Source: Bacteroides fragilis (GTDB taxonomy: Bacteria > Bacteroidota > Bacteroidia > Bacteroidales > DTGW01). From it: a DNA stretch of 64,000 nucleotides. Shown in pieces: positions 19,389 through 27,906 of this stretch. The notes beneath the pieces are model-generated. The model saw only the letters and a list, made by a program, of their open reading frames with translations, did no database searches and was not told the DNA's origin. The stretch spans positions 1,379 through 65,378 of the forward strand of contig CAMDBI010000011.1 in NCBI GenBank assembly GCA_945889005.1, given 5' to 3'. A program made the translations under genes and the position numbers. Position 1 is the first letter of the stretch; every line of letters begins with the position of its first letter.

Positions 19389-22013
19389 TTAAAATTCTAT
19401 ACCAATTAATAAAACGTCGTCAATTTGTTTCAGGTCGCCTTTCCATTCGTCAAAATCCTGGGCTATAAATTCGTAAAATTGTGTCATCGAAGTGTTTTGG
19501 TTTTCGAGTATAATATTACGAATTCTACCGGGCGAATATTTTTTCTTTTCTGCTCCTCCCAATTGATCGGGCAAACCATCGGAAAAGAAATAAATTTTAT
19601 CGCCATTTAATACATTAATCACATAATTTGTAAAAGGCTGTTCGGGTTTATTGCCTAAAGGTATACCTCCAATTGCCTTACGGTCGCCTTTGTATTCACT
19701 CAATTCGCCTTTACGAATCATGAAAAGAGGTCTGTGCGCTCCAGCAAATTGAACTTCGCGTTTGCGCAAATTTATTTTACAAAGTGCTATATCCATACCA
19801 TCGCGCCCACTAGCATCTTCGCGATCTTGCTTAAGAGTCGATCGAACACCCGAATGCAAATGGTCGATTATTTCCGATGCTGTCATCTCTTTTTCGTTCT
19901 CGACAATACTGTTGAGTAAAAAATAGCCTATAAACGAAAGCATTGCGCCAGGTACTCCGTGTCCGGTACAGTCGACAGCTGCAATATACAAGTTGTCGCC
20001 TTTGCGGAAAAACCAAGGGAAGTCGCCGCTTACAACATCGCGAGGCTTGTAAAATATAAATGATTTTGGGAAAAAATCTCGAATTAGCTTATTGTCGGGC
20101 AAAATCGACGATTGTATTCTTTGGGCATAGTTAATACTGTCTTCGATCTTTTTGTTTTTTTCCTGAATTTCCATTTCTATTCGTTTGGCCTCGGTAATGT
20201 CGTGTCCAACAAATAAAACAGTTTCAAGTTCATTTTCGTTAAACTCGGGAATAGAATCGAAACTTATGATACGAATACTTGTTTTTTCGCCCATTCTGAT
20301 AGGTACAGATATTTCCTGATTTTGTTTCTCAGGCTTCTGTCTCATTGCTTTGAGCGATGCTTTAAAAAAAACTTTCAATACTTCTTCTATAGGCAAATCA
20401 TCGATGGTTTTATTAATCACATCGCGCGATTCAACACCAATATAGTCTTCAACAATTGGGTTGGCATAAAAGAAATGCCCCTGCAAACTCATACGCAAAA
20501 TAACATCGAGCGAATTTTCGGATAGTGATTGCATTTTGCTTTTCATGCGCTCTTCTTTCTCTGCTCTTTTACGCTCGGTAATGTCCTGAGAGTTAAGAAG
20601 TATTCCTTTTATTGCAGGCTCAGCAAGTAAGTTTCGCCCAGTTGTTTCCAAAAAAATCTTTTGCCCATCTTTTTTCATGTATGTGTACAGAATTGTGATG
20701 GGGGTACTCGGGTCTTGAGTCAAGTACTTAAACATGTTTCTTATTTCCTGCTCACCTTTGCGTGTAAGGCGGTCGAAGAATTTGCCATGAGTCATTTCCT
20801 CAGGCGAATAACCCAGAATTTTTTTTACAGAAGGACTTTGATATGTAAGATTTAGAAATTCGTCGTAAATAGTAATAATTTCAGATGAATTCTCGAGCAA
20901 AGAATTAATGCGGTTTTGAGCATTTTCGACTTCAAGAATTTGACCTTCGAGTCGTTCGTTCGATTTCTGAAGCTCTTCTTGTGTAGCACGCATTTCTTCG
21001 GCACTCTGGCGCAATTGCTCTTCGTTTTCCTGAAGTTCGAGGGTCATTTGTTGCGATTCCTGCAGCAATTTCTCTGTTTTCTCGTTTATTTGAAGGTTAA
21101 AAATGGTACGTGCTATAATCTCGCCCAACTCCTTTAGAAAAGTAATAGTAAGGTCGGGTATTTGATTGCGCAATGAAGCAAACTCGAGTATTCCATGCAA
21201 TTTCTCGTCGCTTATTAATGGTACAATCAAAATACTTTTTGGTCTTTTTTCGCCCAAAATACCCGATGTGATGGTAACATAATCGTCGGGAATTTCTGTA
21301 CGGTAGATTATGTCCATCTCGTAGGCGCACTCACCGATTAAACCTTCTCCAATACTGAATTTCTGATTGATAAATTTTTTTCTATTATAGGCAAAGGTTG
21401 CAATATTGACAATGTACTTTTCTTTGTCGTCGTAAATATAAAAAGCACCCTGAATAGCATCGATGTATTTTATGAGTTTTTCAATTACCTCGGCTGCTAA
21501 TTCGTTTAACTTAGTGTGCATTCGAAGTATATTCGATACTTGGTCTTTCCCTTCGGCTATCCAACTTTGCTCGGCTTCCTTCTTGTGTGTAGTAAGCAGG
21601 TTGTTGCGCATCACAAGCAGCGACTTACCCAAAAGATCGTCGTCGCTGGTAAGCTCTATATTGCTATTGTAATTTCCCTCGCCTATCTCTTTTGCAAAAA
21701 TGGCTGTTATATCCATTCTTTCACGCAATTGAGAAATTTCTTGTTTAAACAACGATTGCTCGTATAAACTCTTATTAAGAAAAAAGAAAACTGCAAATGC
21801 TATTGCAAATGGCAATATATCTATAGTATATAATGCCGGATTGGACGAATGTATAAATAAAAACCCTACGAACGAAAACCTTATGTCTTCTATTATAAAA
21901 TAAATAATCCAAAAAATAACAGGAATAAAAAACGACAGAAGAAAACTGTTTATAACGTTTAACCTTATTTTTTCGGGTGAAAGATCTTGTATGTTGGCTC
22001 TATTCTTAAACAT
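19389..22013 (-). CDS. membrane sensor PP2C/SpoIIE phosphatase (TM-HAMP-like-GAF-coiled coil-PAS-PAS-PP2C), SiaA-like
   Basis: 874 aa. PP2C motifs are ..VSGDFPWF.., ..VDCTGHGVPGAMLS.., ..SDGLPDQ.. and ..DDVLLIGIEF. A GAF domain and two PAS-like regions lie upstream, and the N-terminus is multi-TM. Confidence 0.85.
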   Translation of the reverse strand: MFKNRANIQDLSPEKIRLNVINSFLLSFFIPVIFWIIYFIIEDIRFSFVGFLFIHSSNPALYTIDILPFAIAFAVFFFLNKSLYEQSLFKQEISQLRERMDITAIFAKEIGEGNYNSNIELTSDDDLLGKSLLVMRNNLLTTHKKEAEQSWIAEGKDQVSNILRMHTKLNELAAEVIEKLIKYIDAIQGAFYIYDDKEKYIVNIATFAYNRKKFINQKFSIGEGLIGECAYEMDIIYRTEIPDDYVTITSGILGEKRPKSILIVPLISDEKLHGILEFASLRNQIPDLTITFLKELGEIIARTIFNLQINEKTEKLLQESQQMTLELQENEEQLRQSAEEMRATQEELQKSNERLEGQILEVENAQNRINSLLENSSEIITIYDEFLNLTYQSPSVKKILGYSPEEMTHGKFFDRLTRKGEQEIRNMFKYLTQDPSTPITILYTYMKKDGQKIFLETTGRNLLAEPAIKGILLNSQDITERKRAEKEERMKSKMQSLSENSLDVILRMSLQGHFFYANPIVEDYIGVESRDVINKTIDDLPIEEVLKVFFKASLKAMRQKPEKQNQEISVPIRMGEKTSIRIISFDSIPEFNENELETVLFVGHDITEAKRIEMEIQEKNKKIEDSINYAQRIQSSILPDNKLIRDFFPKSFIFYKPRDVVSGDFPWFFRKGDNLYIAAVDCTGHGVPGAMLSFIGYFLLNSIVENEKEMTASEIIDHLHSGVRSTLKQDREDASGRDGMDIALCKINLRKREVQFAGAHRPLFMIRKGELSEYKGDRKAIGGIPLGNKPEQPFTNYVINVLNGDKIYFFSDGLPDQLGGAEKKKYSPGRIRNIILENQNTSMTQFYEFIAQDFDEWKGDLKQIDDVLLIGIEF

Positions 22014-22019
22014 GCAATG

Positions 22020-22799
22020 TTATTGGAGTTTGTTTTTAATAATCACCTTTGCTAACTTATCAGACATTTGTCGAAACACCTCTTCAGTAAGTGAATCGAT
22101 ATCTTTAAATGTCGACATCTCTATTACGGCAATAGTTATATTGTTGTCGACTAATGGAATATAGATAATATAAGAAGGTTTGGCATTACCTAAACCCGAT
22201 GATACTAAAAAGTAATCTTCAGGAATTTCGGTAATTTTTACTATTTTCTTATCTTTAGCTACTTGACCTGGTATTGTTTCGCCCTCGATAAAAAGTGGTG
22301 GTGTTTGGTTCGAATAAAATGCATATAATGCAACAGGTTTAAACTCTGAAGCGTCTTTTGACCTTATATACACGACACCTTGTACAATTTCGAGTATTTT
22401 TGAGCAATATTGGAATATATGTTCTCCAAATTTCTCTGCCGACTCATATTTCTCTTTTTCTGGAATAAGAGACTCAATTAAAGCCGGAATATCAATGTTA
22501 TTTTCGTGACTTTTTGCCACTTCTTTTTCTTTTTGTTTTTCTATATGTCTTATCTTTAATTTTGTAATTAATTCATCTACTACTATTTCCTTTTCAGTTA
22601 ATTTTGTATATGTTATGAAATATGCAATATAAATTAGAACAGACATTGCCAAAAATAGGAATAATATAATAAAGAATAAACTTGAAATATGAATTTGTTT
22701 AGTTAAATTGATTGAATAACCTAAAATGAAAAAAAAGGCTAACAGTATAGCTGCCAATGCAATAAATATAAAAACTTTATGAATTTTTAATTTCCTCAT
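22020..22799 (-). CDS. membrane-anchored GAF-domain protein
   Basis: 259 aa. Two TM helices are followed by a GAF-like domain paralogous to those in the 874- and 884-aa proteins. Confidence 0.6.
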   Translation of the reverse strand: MRKLKIHKVFIFIALAAILLAFFFILGYSINLTKQIHISSLFFIILFLFLAMSVLIYIAYFITYTKLTEKEIVVDELITKLKIRHIEKQKEKEVAKSHENNIDIPALIESLIPEKEKYESAEKFGEHIFQYCSKILEIVQGVVYIRSKDASEFKPVALYAFYSNQTPPLFIEGETIPGQVAKDKKIVKITEIPEDYFLVSSGLGNAKPSYIIYIPLVDNNITIAVIEMSTFKDIDSLTEEVFRQMSDKLAKVIIKNKLQ

Positions 22800-22801
22800 T
22801 T

Positions 22802-23392
22802 TTACTTTAGCTTTGATATAAAGTTAATAATTTTTTCGGCAGATAACACCTGATTTACACTAGTAATATTCAATGTAGATTCGGTCATCATAGCAACCTC
22901 GCAATCTTTAGGATCCTGAACAATGGTATATCCGCCCATATCGGCAATTTTTTTGAACCCCATTGCTCCATCTTTATTTGCTCCCGAAAGTATTATTCCA
23001 ATAAGTTTGTTTCGATAAGCTTGAGCAGCTGTATAAAAACTCAAATCGATAGATGGTCTCGAGTGATTTACCGGCTCTTCGGTTGACAATGCAATTCTGT
23101 TGCCAATTTCGATATACATGTGGTAATTTGCCGGTGCTAAGTAAGCTTTGCCTGGTTTAATAACATCTTTATCGCAGGGTTCTATAATGGGTATTTTCGA
23201 TTTAAGCAACAATGCCTCAACAAAACCTGTGCGAATATGTTTCAAACGGTGAAGGCACAAAAATATGGGCATATCAATACCTTTCGGAATCACATTCAGA
23301 ATATTTAAAACAATCTGAAAGCTTCCGGCCGATCCTCCAATAATGAGTGCCTTATAGTTGCTAAAGTCGTTTGAATACATTTTCTGCTTCAT
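22802..23392 (-). CDS. CheB-type methylesterase, catalytic domain only (no receiver)
   Basis: 196 aa with ..IIGGSAGS.., ..CLHRL.. and ..GANKDGA.., corresponding to the Ser/His/Asp regions of CheB. There is no N-terminal REC domain. Confidence 0.8.
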   Translation of the reverse strand: MKQKMYSNDFSNYKALIIGGSAGSFQIVLNILNVIPKGIDMPIFLCLHRLKHIRTGFVEALLLKSKIPIIEPCDKDVIKPGKAYLAPANYHMYIEIGNRIALSTEEPVNHSRPSIDLSFYTAAQAYRNKLIGIILSGANKDGAMGFKKIADMGGYTIVQDPKDCEVAMMTESTLNITSVNQVLSAEKIINFISKLK

Positions 23393-24194
23393 TAACTAAT
23401 CTGAAACTTTTTGCTATCATCAAACCTAATTGTTCTTTATTACCTATTGCTAAAAATCCACCCTGAACGATCGACTCACTTAACTTCTTCATTACCTTGT
23501 CGTGCAAGTTCTGATTGAAGTATAGCATTTTGTTGCGATACAATATCAACTTCATATCTTGTAGTTGATGATCAAAGTTAATATTTTGTTTCAGAAATTT
23601 AACATTTTTAATTAAGCTTATATCTCTGTAATAATTTTCTTTATGAATTGAAATATATTTGCCAAAATCTCCTTCTCCTTTATATCTTATATAGTTGTCG
23701 CGACTGGTTTCAAATTTATGTGCCTGAAAAAAACCTGTTTTTATTTGTTCAATAATAGTTTCGATTGGTGAAGATGCATAAACTTCTGCACGATCGTCAA
23801 AATTTGACTCCTTTAATACAATCATTAATGAAAACAATTCGTCGCCCGAGATAGTGTCGGGTAACCATATTTTAATATTTAAATTGTTGTTTTTAAATAT
23901 TGACAGAAAAAATTCGTCGCGCAAAAAAGCCCAAAATGTTGGATCGCGAAACATCTCGGTCGACTCTACATAAATCTCCATTAAAATTGTTTCGAAAAAG
24001 CCACTCTTATCTTTAATCCTGGCTATTAAACCTTCGGCATTCTTAAGATTGTGTTTTTGAATAATGTGCTCAAATCTTCGTTTTAGCGATGTTAAAGCAT
24101 AGTCGGAGAAATCGAGACCATGCAAGTCATGAATGGTCTTGATTATCTGACGATACTCAACAATACCTAATTCTATTTCGAATAAAAAAAGCAT
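23361..24194 (-). CDS. CheR-like protein with degenerate SAM-binding motifs
   Basis: 277 aa. CheR N-domain and TEMFRDP are conserved. The AGCSTGEE loop reads LPDTISGDE, and CRNVxIYF reads YRNKMLYF. Confidence 0.75.
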   Translation of the reverse strand: MLFLFEIELGIVEYRQIIKTIHDLHGLDFSDYALTSLKRRFEHIIQKHNLKNAEGLIARIKDKSGFFETILMEIYVESTEMFRDPTFWAFLRDEFFLSIFKNNNLNIKIWLPDTISGDELFSLMIVLKESNFDDRAEVYASSPIETIIEQIKTGFFQAHKFETSRDNYIRYKGEGDFGKYISIHKENYYRDISLIKNVKFLKQNINFDHQLQDMKLILYRNKMLYFNQNLHDKVMKKLSESIVQGGFLAIGNKEQLGLMIAKSFRLVNEAENVFKRL

Positions 24195-26849
24195 TTATTC
24201 TGTTTTACTTTTTAAGCGTTCAATTTCTTTGTTGGCTTCTTCTAACAATTGATATTTAAGCTTTCTTTCTGTGATGTTGAAGCCCATCATTGTAACTTTC
24301 ACAATTTTATCTGCTTGGTCTTTAATTGGGGTAAATGAAACAACAAGCCACACCTCTTCGCCAGTTGGACGTGTTCGTTTAATGGATCCTGTATATGTTT
24401 TTTCTTTAAAAACCTCGATCCATATTCGCTCCATTTGCTCTTTTTCGTCGTCTTTTAAAGAAAAAGTTAATTCTTTTCCAACAAGTTCTTCCTTTTTATA
24501 GCCAATTTCCTCTAAATAGTATTCATTAACAAATAATACTTTGCCCTCGGCCGAATAATCGACTCTTAGAAACGAACCATTGATTACTTCATTTATGTGA
24601 TCTACTTGAGCCAATGCATTTTCGACCTCTTTCGATTTCTGCAAAACTTTAGCCTCATTTTGTTTTATTTCCGTAATATTGGTTGCAATACTCAATACTT
24701 TATATGGCATAGCTTTTCGATCGAGAACCGGAGTTAATGACTGGTGCAACCAAATATCGGAGTTGTCTGTAGATTTAAACCGGTCAATTATTGAACCCGG
24801 TCGGCCCGAAGTAAGATCTCCCCAAACCCTATTGAGTTCATCGCGACGTTGAATGGTCGATATTTCCTGGTGTGTTCGTCCGACAATGTCTTCGGCTTCA
24901 ATACCCAAAAGATTTAGAAGTTTATGATTGATCTCAGTTATTTTGCCCGACATATCGAAAACCATAGTTAAGGCCGATTGGTTAACAGCCCCAAGTGTTC
25001 CGGTAAGCTCTGCTTCGCGACGTGCAAAGTCTTCTTGGGTTGTTCGCAATTCTTCCATATTTTGGCGCATTTCTTCTTCCTGCTCGGCCATTTCCTGTGC
25101 TTGTCGCTGCGATTGTTCTAATAGTACCGATGTTCTAGCATTGATTCGAACAGTTGTAATGGTAGAGGCAATGCTTTGAGTAATTTTTTCTACAAAATCG
25201 ACTTCGTGTGGTTTAAACTCGTTGAATGAAGCCAATTCAACTACTCCCAGCACTTCGTTTTCGAGTTTTAGGGGTACAAGTAGAATACTATTTGGCTTCG
25301 AATCGCCCAAACCGGAGGTTACAAAAACATAATTGTCTGGAATATCGGTCAATAGCATCTTTTCCGATTCAATGGCACAGGTTCCAACCAAACCTTCGCC
25401 TAACATCACTTTCGACGATATATATTTTTTCTTTTCGTATGCAAAAGCAGAGTATAACTCTAGATATGATTCTTTGCTATCGGCATCAGTATTGAGGTAA
25501 TATAGTCCACCGATGGTTGCATTAATGTATTTTACGAGGTTTCTGATTATTTCTTCAGACAATAGCTTCATATTGCTGTTGTTTTGGCGTAGCAAATCGC
25601 TAAACAATGCAAGACCTTCGTTTGCCCAAATACGTTTCTTTTCCTCGTCTTTGTATTTTTGATCTTCGAGATCGGCTTTTTGCAAGCTCTTATCCATCTC
25701 GATAAGCGCATTGCCCAAAATATCGTTGTCGCTAAGTGGTTCGTATTTAATATTGTGATGTCCCTGACCTATCTGCATTGCAAATTCGGCTTTCGAACGT
25801 AACCCATGAACAAACTTATTGAGCAAATGACCCATTTCAGCTATTTCGTCGTTACCCTTCATTTCGAGATGATTTGGCAGTTTTCCTTTGACCAATTCGT
25901 CGACAAAATTTTTAATATTATTGATGGGTTTGTATATATACTTGTAAAATTGCCAGTAGAATAGCACTACAGAAGCTATAAATAATAGGAAATATACAAA
26001 AATTACAAAATAAGCTACGATTGACTTATTTCTAATTTGTTTTTCGACCAAATTGCTAATTTGGTTTGCTTCAAACATCCAGTTGTCTTGTATTGCATTA
26101 ATCTTTCCTTTTAAACCATCGAAGTTGGTAAGCCCTAACGATCGATCGAGGTCTTTTATTTCGGAAGTAAGTTGTTTAAGCTTTTGTATTTTATTTACTA
26201 TCAACAGCTTATTCGATATGTTAGACATTGTAGCAGAGGCAATAAGATCGTCGATCTGAACCTGCAATTGCGTAAAAAATATGGGGTCTTTTGTCTCTAA
26301 GTACCTTGCATACAGTTCGTCAACACCAGCCAATTGTTTCAATAGTACTGAAGAAATTGGTTTAAATAAATTTTTGAGATCATTAATAAGTATTCTAGAA
26401 TGCCCTATTTTCCCGTATTTAATATTTCCTCGTTCTTGCATAACTATAAAAAGCTGTTCGTACGAAGCATTAATTTGCTCAAGCAGTATTATAGTATTGG
26501 CAAAAGAATTGAAAAGAGCCGAATCTCGATCGATGTAAAAGTTGTGAGACAAGTAAAGTACATTGTCGGTTTGTTGCTCAATGAGCTGTTTTATATTTCG
26601 TGTATTGTTGTTTTTTCCTGACCTGAAAAAACGTGAGTCGTCGTCAAGTTGGGTTAAAAAAACAAACTCGGCAGTGTCAATTTTCTGATTGAAAAACACA
26701 AATTCCTCAGTAAGTTTAGAGATATTGTGCATCTCGTTTAGATTTTTCACCTGATTGAGCGATGAAACAAACATTAATACCGACAAAAGAGTAACAATAC
26801 TGATAATTATTGTTAATCTTGTTTTTATATTCATACTAATCAAACCCAT
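24195..26849 (-). CDS. MCP-shaped sensor: TM - ~250-aa helical ectodomain - TM - HAMP - GAF - E/Q coiled coil - PAS - PAS, no output domain
   Basis: 884 aa with two TM helices (N-terminus and ..IVAYFVIFVYFLLFIASVVLFYW..) and a HAMP-like segment. The GAF domain, coiled coil and two PAS-like regions are paralogous to those of the 874-aa protein. No kinase, MA or PP2C domain is present. Confidence 0.8.
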   Translation of the reverse strand: MGLISMNIKTRLTIIISIVTLLSVLMFVSSLNQVKNLNEMHNISKLTEEFVFFNQKIDTAEFVFLTQLDDDSRFFRSGKNNNTRNIKQLIEQQTDNVLYLSHNFYIDRDSALFNSFANTIILLEQINASYEQLFIVMQERGNIKYGKIGHSRILINDLKNLFKPISSVLLKQLAGVDELYARYLETKDPIFFTQLQVQIDDLIASATMSNISNKLLIVNKIQKLKQLTSEIKDLDRSLGLTNFDGLKGKINAIQDNWMFEANQISNLVEKQIRNKSIVAYFVIFVYFLLFIASVVLFYWQFYKYIYKPINNIKNFVDELVKGKLPNHLEMKGNDEIAEMGHLLNKFVHGLRSKAEFAMQIGQGHHNIKYEPLSDNDILGNALIEMDKSLQKADLEDQKYKDEEKKRIWANEGLALFSDLLRQNNSNMKLLSEEIIRNLVKYINATIGGLYYLNTDADSKESYLELYSAFAYEKKKYISSKVMLGEGLVGTCAIESEKMLLTDIPDNYVFVTSGLGDSKPNSILLVPLKLENEVLGVVELASFNEFKPHEVDFVEKITQSIASTITTVRINARTSVLLEQSQRQAQEMAEQEEEMRQNMEELRTTQEDFARREAELTGTLGAVNQSALTMVFDMSGKITEINHKLLNLLGIEAEDIVGRTHQEISTIQRRDELNRVWGDLTSGRPGSIIDRFKSTDNSDIWLHQSLTPVLDRKAMPYKVLSIATNITEIKQNEAKVLQKSKEVENALAQVDHINEVINGSFLRVDYSAEGKVLFVNEYYLEEIGYKKEELVGKELTFSLKDDEKEQMERIWIEVFKEKTYTGSIKRTRPTGEEVWLVVSFTPIKDQADKIVKVTMMGFNITERKLKYQLLEEANKEIERLKSKTE

Positions 26850-26873
26850 GTTATGTAAGGTTTTTATTGTTTA

Positions 26874-27713
26874 TTATCGTTTAACATACACCTGATCTTT
26901 CTTGTCGAAATTTGAGGTGTGATAGCCTAGAATCGTTTCGTGCATTCCTAAAACCAAAATACCGTTGTCGAATAAATTATGGTAAAATAAATCGAAAACT
27001 CTATTTTGCAAGTTATAATTAAAATATATAATTACATTACGACATAAAATTAAATCAAATTTTACATGAAATACATTTTGATCTCTTACCAAATCGTGTT
27101 TTTTAAAAGTTGGCTTTTCGGTAAGAAATGGTTTAATTTTTAATATATCGTTTACCTTATCAATAATAAAATATTTCTCGTAAGGTACATCATTAAATTT
27201 GTCGAAATTTAATGGATTTTCTTTAATAACTTTATCAAAATTGTCTAAATAACCGATATTGAACCTATATTTATAAACACCTTTTCGAGCAACATCAAGC
27301 ACATCGGCATTAATATCGGAACCAAACACCTTAGATTTTTCGAGCATATTCAGTTCGTTGAGCAAGATAAGCATAGAATAAACTTCTTGCCCGGTAGAGC
27401 AACCTGCATGCCATATATTAATGCTTTCATAATCTTTGAACAATGGCAAAACATGGTATCTAATGTGCTGCCATATAGCAGGATCGCGAAACAATTCGGT
27501 GGTATTTACGGTTACGTCTTTAACGATTTTCTCGGCAAAATTTTGATTTTTTTTAATTTCACAAATAAGTCCTACAATATCAAGATTGTTGTCTAACAAA
27601 ACTTTTGCCAAACGACGCTTGAGCGACTTCATAGAATAATCGGTAAAATCGTATCCTACCGATTGCATTATAGCTCCTATAAATAATTGAATATCCTGAT
27701 CTTCGTTTGTCAT
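26874..27713 (-). CDS. CheR-type protein-glutamate O-methyltransferase
   Basis: 279 aa with TELFRDP, NIWHAGCSTGQEVYS and LILCRNVIIYF all intact. Confidence 0.85.
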   Translation of the reverse strand: MTNEDQDIQLFIGAIMQSVGYDFTDYSMKSLKRRLAKVLLDNNLDIVGLICEIKKNQNFAEKIVKDVTVNTTELFRDPAIWQHIRYHVLPLFKDYESINIWHAGCSTGQEVYSMLILLNELNMLEKSKVFGSDINADVLDVARKGVYKYRFNIGYLDNFDKVIKENPLNFDKFNDVPYEKYFIIDKVNDILKIKPFLTEKPTFKKHDLVRDQNVFHVKFDLILCRNVIIYFNYNLQNRVFDLFYHNLFDNGILVLGMHETILGYHTSNFDKKDQVYVKR

Positions 27714-27730
27714 AGCGCCTATTAGAGAGA

Positions 27731-27738
27731 CAAAACTA
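27731..27738 (-). promoter_or_regulatory. candidate Bacteroidota -7 box (TAGTTTTG) for the signalling block
   Basis: CAAAACTA on the plus strand equals TAGTTTTG on the minus strand and matches TAnnTTTG. It lies 17 nt upstream of the cheR ATG. No clear -33 TTTG was found. Confidence 0.3.
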
Positions 27739-27906
27739 CAAATACTTTTAAAATTGTAAGTATTATTATAACATACATTTTCGAATAATCATTAAATGTA
27801 TTGTTTTTTATTGGGATTTACAAATGAAAGTTTATTGAAATACAATACTACCCGGAAATTATTTGCAGATTTGTTTATATTTTTAATCGGACAACAATAA
27901 TTAAAT

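Noticed and set aside
24271-26621. Five plus-strand ORFs of 68-89 aa inside the 884-aa sensor gene
   Set aside because: They are antisense to a long ORF with coherent domain structure and have low-complexity translations.
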